NCBI RefSeq assembly: GCF_001194135.2
Contig: NC_068982.1
Coordinates: forward strand, 113,234,753-113,276,816
Direction of reading: 5' to 3'
From: Octopus bimaculoides
Taxonomy: Eukaryota
DNA: 42,064 nucleotides
The notes beneath the pieces were generated by a model, which saw only the letters and a list, made by a program, of their open reading frames with translations, was not told where the DNA came from and did no database searches. The position numbers were made by a program, and so were the translations under genes. Shown one piece after another: positions 36,613-42,064 of the stretch (position 1 is the first letter of the stretch; every line of letters begins with the position of its first letter).

Positions 36613-37112
36613 TTGAGAGAGCAGTGCATGCCATCAAAGTGACATTGGGGTAAAATATACGAAGCCCAGTATATCCATCATGACTACCCGTCTGATAAGG
36701 GTACACCAGGTACATGCAACACAACCGTATGTACGCGACATGGTGATCTCATATCAAGATAAACAACGCATGACCTCGCAGGTGGGGCCCAGTTAGAATT
36801 TTCTTCGGGTTGTGTAGCCCATCTCGCTCAAAAGGTCCCTGAATAAGGTTTGTTTAAGGATGTTGAGCAAAACACCCATGTCTCCAAAGGTGAATCATTC
36901 AAGCCCCAAAGAATTCATCTCAGCACATGGCTATGATGCTCCCCCACTACTTCTGCTCGTGATGAGAGATGCACATATCATCAGCCAGCAAGGGGTATGC
37001 TCAACTGGTTAAGGTCAAACAACTGACAAGCAAATCTGTGGTATGAGTAGAATATTTACTGTAGCCCATCTTTTTATACCAAGACAAAACAATGCACATG
37101 ATAACACTTCTA
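36613..37112 (-). mobile_element. AAT-associated non-coding element, copy 3, 5'-truncated by ~50 bp with intact 3' end
   Basis: Reverse complement of 1990-2465; (ATT)n on both sides (36593-36612 and 37113-37205). Confidence 0.9.
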
Positions 37113-37158
37113 ATTATTATTATTATTACTATTATTATTATTATTATTATTATTATTA

Positions 37159-37205
<47 letters not shown>
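37113..37205. repeat. (ATT)n microsatellite
   Basis: Direct reading. Confidence 0.97.
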
Positions 37206-37207
<2 letters not shown>

Positions 37208-37208
37208 G

Positions 37209-37390
37209 AAAGGTGGCAGTTAGAACTGTTAGCACGCTTGACGAAATTCTTAGCGGCATTCCGTTCGTCTTAACGTTGAGCTTAAATTCCACCGAAATCT
37301 ACTTTGTTTTTCATCCTTTCCAGGTTGATAAGTACCAGTCGACTTCCCTCTTCCTCAAAAACTGCTGGCCCTGTGCCAGAATATGAAAGC
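37209..37390 (+). mobile_element. SINE family A
   Basis: gaactgttagcacgcttgacgaaattcttagcggcatt..aaattccaccg..tttcatcctttc..aagtaccagt..ctggccctgtgcca. Confidence 0.8.
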
Positions 37391-37829
37391 ATGTTGTATG
37401 ATGCAAGAGAGGTAAAAATACTCCATTATATATTGTGTGTTAAAGTATGTAAATTCCTCTAATGTAAAGGCCTTAAGAGGTACATTGTTATTTGCTATCA
37501 GGTCATAGTAACCGAACACGTATCAGTCGCATCTTTCGCTGAGTTATATATAAATAAACAAATAAATAAATAGACAAATTAACGATGTTCAACAAAGCGG
37601 AATTTCGTAAATATTTAGGAAGGAGACAGAAAAAAGAAAAGGACTATTATTAGTAACAGTGATACAAGACAATGTTTGCTTGTTTTAAAGATTTTGCTCA
37701 CCCTATGAAAGCTTCTTTGTGACCATTGCACTGAGATACATTCACAGTGAGGATCACTTGAAATTCTGACGTATATATTCCTTTCGCTATTTATTTAGGT
37801 TACCCAACGCTTCCAGTGGATATCCCACG

Positions 37830-37877
37830 CTCGTAGTAGTAGTCGCCACCGCCGTCGCCACCGTCGTCGTCGTCGTC

Positions 37878-37941
<64 letters not shown>

Positions 37942-37982
37942 CAGCAGCAGCAGTAGTAGTAGTAGTAGTAGTGGTAGTAGCG

Positions 37983-38032
<50 letters not shown>

Positions 38033-38035
38033 CAT
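37830..38035. repeat. (GTC)n(GTA)n compound microsatellite
   Basis: Direct reading. Confidence 0.97.
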
Positions 38036-40963
38036 TTTATTGTTTTAGTTCTAGGGGAAGGAATTAAATTATCTTTTAATAGATTTGATATATATATTTT
38101 CAGTAATGAAGACATTGTTTAAATAATATTCTTGCAAATCTTTGAGCACAAGAACTACAACCCTTTCGTCTTCGTCTCTTCTCTGTTTTCTCTATCATGA
38201 TAAGAAGAGACGTTGTTCTTAGTCTTTTCGAGATCTACGCAAACGCTGCAGTGAAGATAACTGGTTGAAGATCATTTGACTACTATTCAGAGTAGACTGT
38301 TGAAAGTTATAAGAACATGGGCGAGCAGATAGTTTGAATTGATGCAGGAGTTAGTACAGAGTATGAGAAGTGAAAAACAATGATTATTCTATATGGAGAA
38401 TAATCGGATGTTTAGAGATCCCTGATCATTGAGGTTTTATAAAGTTCGTGAACTGCAATGATTATTATAGCACACAAAGAAAGGCTATGCTGAGTTGGTA
38501 TTTGCACTGATAGTTTAATACCAATATTAAAGTAAATATTAAGTTATTTTCTTTGATTAAAAAGTTTCAAAGACTTTCCAGCTTAAAATTATTTCATGAA
38601 GGATCGTTTATCATGAAGCTCTAGAATATAGTGACTGCGAAGTGGCACAAATAGCAGGGCACTAGAATGAATTATTTCACTTGTTGCTTTCTCCTACGTA
38701 CAAATCAATGGGCTCACGCATGAACTGTGTATATACAAACATATGTTTGTGTATACTCATCCCTACAAATATATGGTATTGTGTCATATTGAGAAAGGAA
38801 TAGTTAAGAATTAAGAAACCAGCAAATACGAATATTGCACATTAGTAACAAACTTGAATAGTTTTAATGAAAACAGTTGCTTAGGAAAACCTGTAATGTC
38901 AAGTAAAACTTAGGAATAGAGAAAAATCGTATTTCACAAATAGAAAACAGAAAAATTTATTTTTCATATTTTGAAACATTTTGTCATTAGTTGCTGTATC
39001 ATCATTCATTATATAATTGCATTATTTTCTCTTATTTCATCTGTACCATGTACTAGTGTCTTTATTTTGTAGATAAAGCAGATGAAGCAACGAATACATT
39101 CTACTGTGTGAGTGTGTGTATGGGGGCTATCTGTATGTGTATATGTGTGTGATAAACGTCTGAGTGAATTATTGAGTATCTATAGATGAAACTCGTGCTT
39201 ATACTAACTTAATGATGATTTAACATAAGTATAGCACTGTTGATACTACAATCATAACAATGAAAACGTATTGGAACGAATTCACTTATTCACTTCAAAC
39301 ACCATTTCTAATCTCAATGTCAATTCTAGATACTTTATTACTTAAACCTTAAACATGGCGGTCAGCTTCGTAAAAGAAATAATTAGCACCAATTCGATCG
39401 ATAAAATAACATCTAAAACCTACTACAAAACTAATAATTGAATTATTTTTGTTGTATGAAAATCAAATCAACGTCTGTAATGGAGAAAATTCCTCTTATT
39501 AACTGTCAATGCCATTGTTTTATTTTTGTTATCTCTCTATATGATTGTTTCTACAGCTGAAGTAATCAATCAAGGCTAATGAGAAGCGAAGAAAAAACAA
39601 ATCACAGTCATTCGATTATACTAGATACGTGTAGTTTTTTCCTTTTACTTTTCCTAATGTTAAGTTACATATAATTGTATGTACAAGAAAACCTCACTAT
39701 GTCACTCAGCATTTGCTATCTACAAGAGAAATGAGGTGATAGTAGTTTGTTTACCTTCACATTATTTACTTCAACACGACAGGTTTCATAAGTTACCGAC
39801 TTTACATACTATAACAATATGAGTTTCTGAATTGATAATTTGTTTTCTTCTTGAAATATATTTAGTCATTATAAAAGAATATATACAAGGTAGAAAGTTA
39901 CCCTGTTTCAAATGCACTACTGAAAACTGGGTAGATGCTAAAGGGGTAGGAAGTCTTTAACATTTCTGGAAAACATAATTAGAAATTAGTAATGATGAAG
40001 GGTCTTGTTTACTGTAATTTATTTACTGTGTTGGCATTAATTATAATGATATTATAAATATATTTTACATGAGTTTCCCTGCCAAATATAGCCTCCACAC
40101 GTAATCATTGTTATTGTTACTCTTCTGCTGAAGAGAAGAAAATTCTAACCAGTAAGCAAATATTTACATATAACAATAACAAAACTACTTTCTATAAAAA
40201 CAAACAGTCTCGAACAGCAATTTCAATATATTATTTCGCAAGTCGGAATTTCTATTTCTGTTTATATGAAACGTTGTATAATTGAACAAAACACTAAGAT
40301 ATGGAGTCTGTTATTAACCTTGTTTGATTTTTATATAATGAATTCTTTTATTTTTCTCATTCATCACAGATTTCAAGTCACACCTGAAGGCAATTTCAGT
40401 ATTATAAATATTCAAAAATATAAAATACAAATGAAATGCGCTAGGAAAATGCAAAAAATCGTAAAATACAGTACGTAAAAGGAAAAGGCGTTGGACATCC
40501 ACAAATTGTGTTAGATATAAACAATCGATAAACACAATGATAGATACAACCCCATTATGATGTAAAGGAATCCAATTTTGTCACTGAGTAGCTTTCGGCA
40601 AAACAGTCTGTTATGTCAATAGAATGATTAGAGTACGCGGAAGTTTGCCAATAGCAGTCATTATTTAATCTTTCATGATATATTAACGTCATAATAAAAC
40701 CGAAAGATAAGAAGTTTGACCTGCTTGTATGTTATAGCTCTTAAAGATAGCTAGAGATACTGATTAGAAACGGTTAGCTTCAGATAGACAACATATAAGA
40801 CTTAGATATATGAAGTATATTTGAAAATGATAGTTTCATACAAACTCTTCCTCTAGATGCCATGTGTGCACTACATTGTAGTCGAGGCAGATTGACAGTG
40901 TACTTCTTGTTCTGTACAACACAGTGTCTGGGTGCCTATACGCGTATATGTGTGCGTGTGTGT

Positions 40964-41627
40964 ATACTTTGATACTTTGATGCGTTTCGGCCAGTATTGG
41001 CCCGGGCCATGTCTAACTTAATAGCACCACCTGGCAAAGTTAAATCAGGAATCGGACAACATGGCCCACCCGAGGAGAGAGTTATTGTTCACGGAGACAT
41101 ATCCGGGTGTAGGAGGTTTATCCGGGATTTTTTGAAGGAATTTGCCCAAAGACTTCTTGAAATTTATGGGGTCTGTTTCTGCTTTAATGTGTTTTGGTAT
41201 AATTTTAAAAAGAGCGGGGCCAGTTGAGGTGAAACAATTGTGCTGTATTGTTATTATGTAACGCGAATATGATTTATGTTGTGGGCAGATAGAGCGGGGT
41301 ATAAGTCTTGGGTCTATCTTAAAGGCGATGCCAATATTATTTGGGCAATGCTGATGGAATATTTTCCATATCATGCAGATCTTTCATGCCAGATATCTTT
41401 TTTTTAATTGACTTTTGAGATGCTTCAATTTTCTTGATATTTTGTTTCGTATGGGGAGATTGGCAAATGTAGAGAAGAGGATAATGGTATCGATATCTCT
41501 CGACGGGAAAGTTCTGAGAATCCAAGAACACATTCTGCGGGCCATGCCACTTTTCCTGTTTATATGAACAGCCCAGCTTAGGTTGTTGTTCACAATTACT
41601 CCCATGTCTCTGATGTTTTTAGATGCC
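40964..41627 (-). mobile_element. CR1/Jockey-group LINE 3' fragment, 5'-truncated
   Basis: Minus strand: RDMGVIVNNNLSWAVHI..ARRMCSWILRTF and GPALFKIIPKHIK..FKKSLGKFLQKIPDKPPTPGY..NNSLLGW. Tail is (caaagtat)x2. Confidence 0.8.
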
Positions 41628-41660
<33 letters not shown>

Positions 41661-41680
41661 TGCATGTATGTATGTATGTG
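41628..41680. repeat. (TATG)n microsatellite
   Basis: Direct reading. Confidence 0.95.
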
Positions 41681-41689
41681 TGTACCCTC

Positions 41690-42064
41690 CACTTCTGCAC
41701 TATCTCTGACACTTCTGTCTCTTTTCTTGACATTTCGGTCAGCATTCATCGCTCCACTCTCACCACCTCCATCCACTACAAACACACAGTCTCACACTCA
41801 TACCTCAACTTCTTCTCCTCCCACCCTAAACACACCAAGCTCTCCATCCCCTATTCTGAATTCCTCCTCTACCTAGGCTCTGCAGTGACGACCATGGCTT
41901 TAAGACTCAGTCTCAACTCATGGCTCGTCAAGTCATCCTACGTGGATATCACCTCACTACTATCCACACCGCCCTTGCCAGAGCACGTTCCGTGGACCGT
42001 GCATCTCCCCCTCCCCCTCCCCCTCCCCGCCGTCTCCCGTCACCCGTTTCCACTCACCTACCAC
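41690..42064 (+). mobile_element. Penelope-like element RT C-terminal/thumb remnant, running off the window
   Basis: SVSFLDISVSI..TTSIHYKHTVSHSYLNFFSSHPKHTKLSIPYSEFL..RLCSDDHGF..LRGY. Confidence 0.85.

Overview
AT-rich, microsatellite-dense animal DNA from a draft assembly with 8 N-gaps. The SINE families suggest a cephalopod, probably Octopus (inference from recognised repeats, no search run). I cannot support any host protein-coding gene; nearly all listed ORFs are microsatellite or gap artefacts or transposon remnants. The window is a mosaic of decayed mobile elements: five Dong/R4-like non-LTR retrotransposons with restriction-like endonuclease (RLE), a second RLE family, three RTE remnants, a CR1-like LINE, several Penelope-like elements, two fused Tc1 elements, a mariner end and several SINE families. 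Best candidate for a little-described system: (AAT)n-targeted retrotransposition. Four different RLE elements plus a ~530 bp non-coding, non-tRNA passenger element are stacked head-to-tail in one orientation inside an (AAT)n tract at 1-4870. The passenger recurs at two other AAT tracts with the same polarity. Other notable structures: a twin-priming-type 5' inversion in one RLE element, a spacer-less Penelope palindrome, a second Penelope foldback with hammerhead-like cores in both arms, an RTE tail with three C2H2 fingers, and a DD36E Tc1 transposase.
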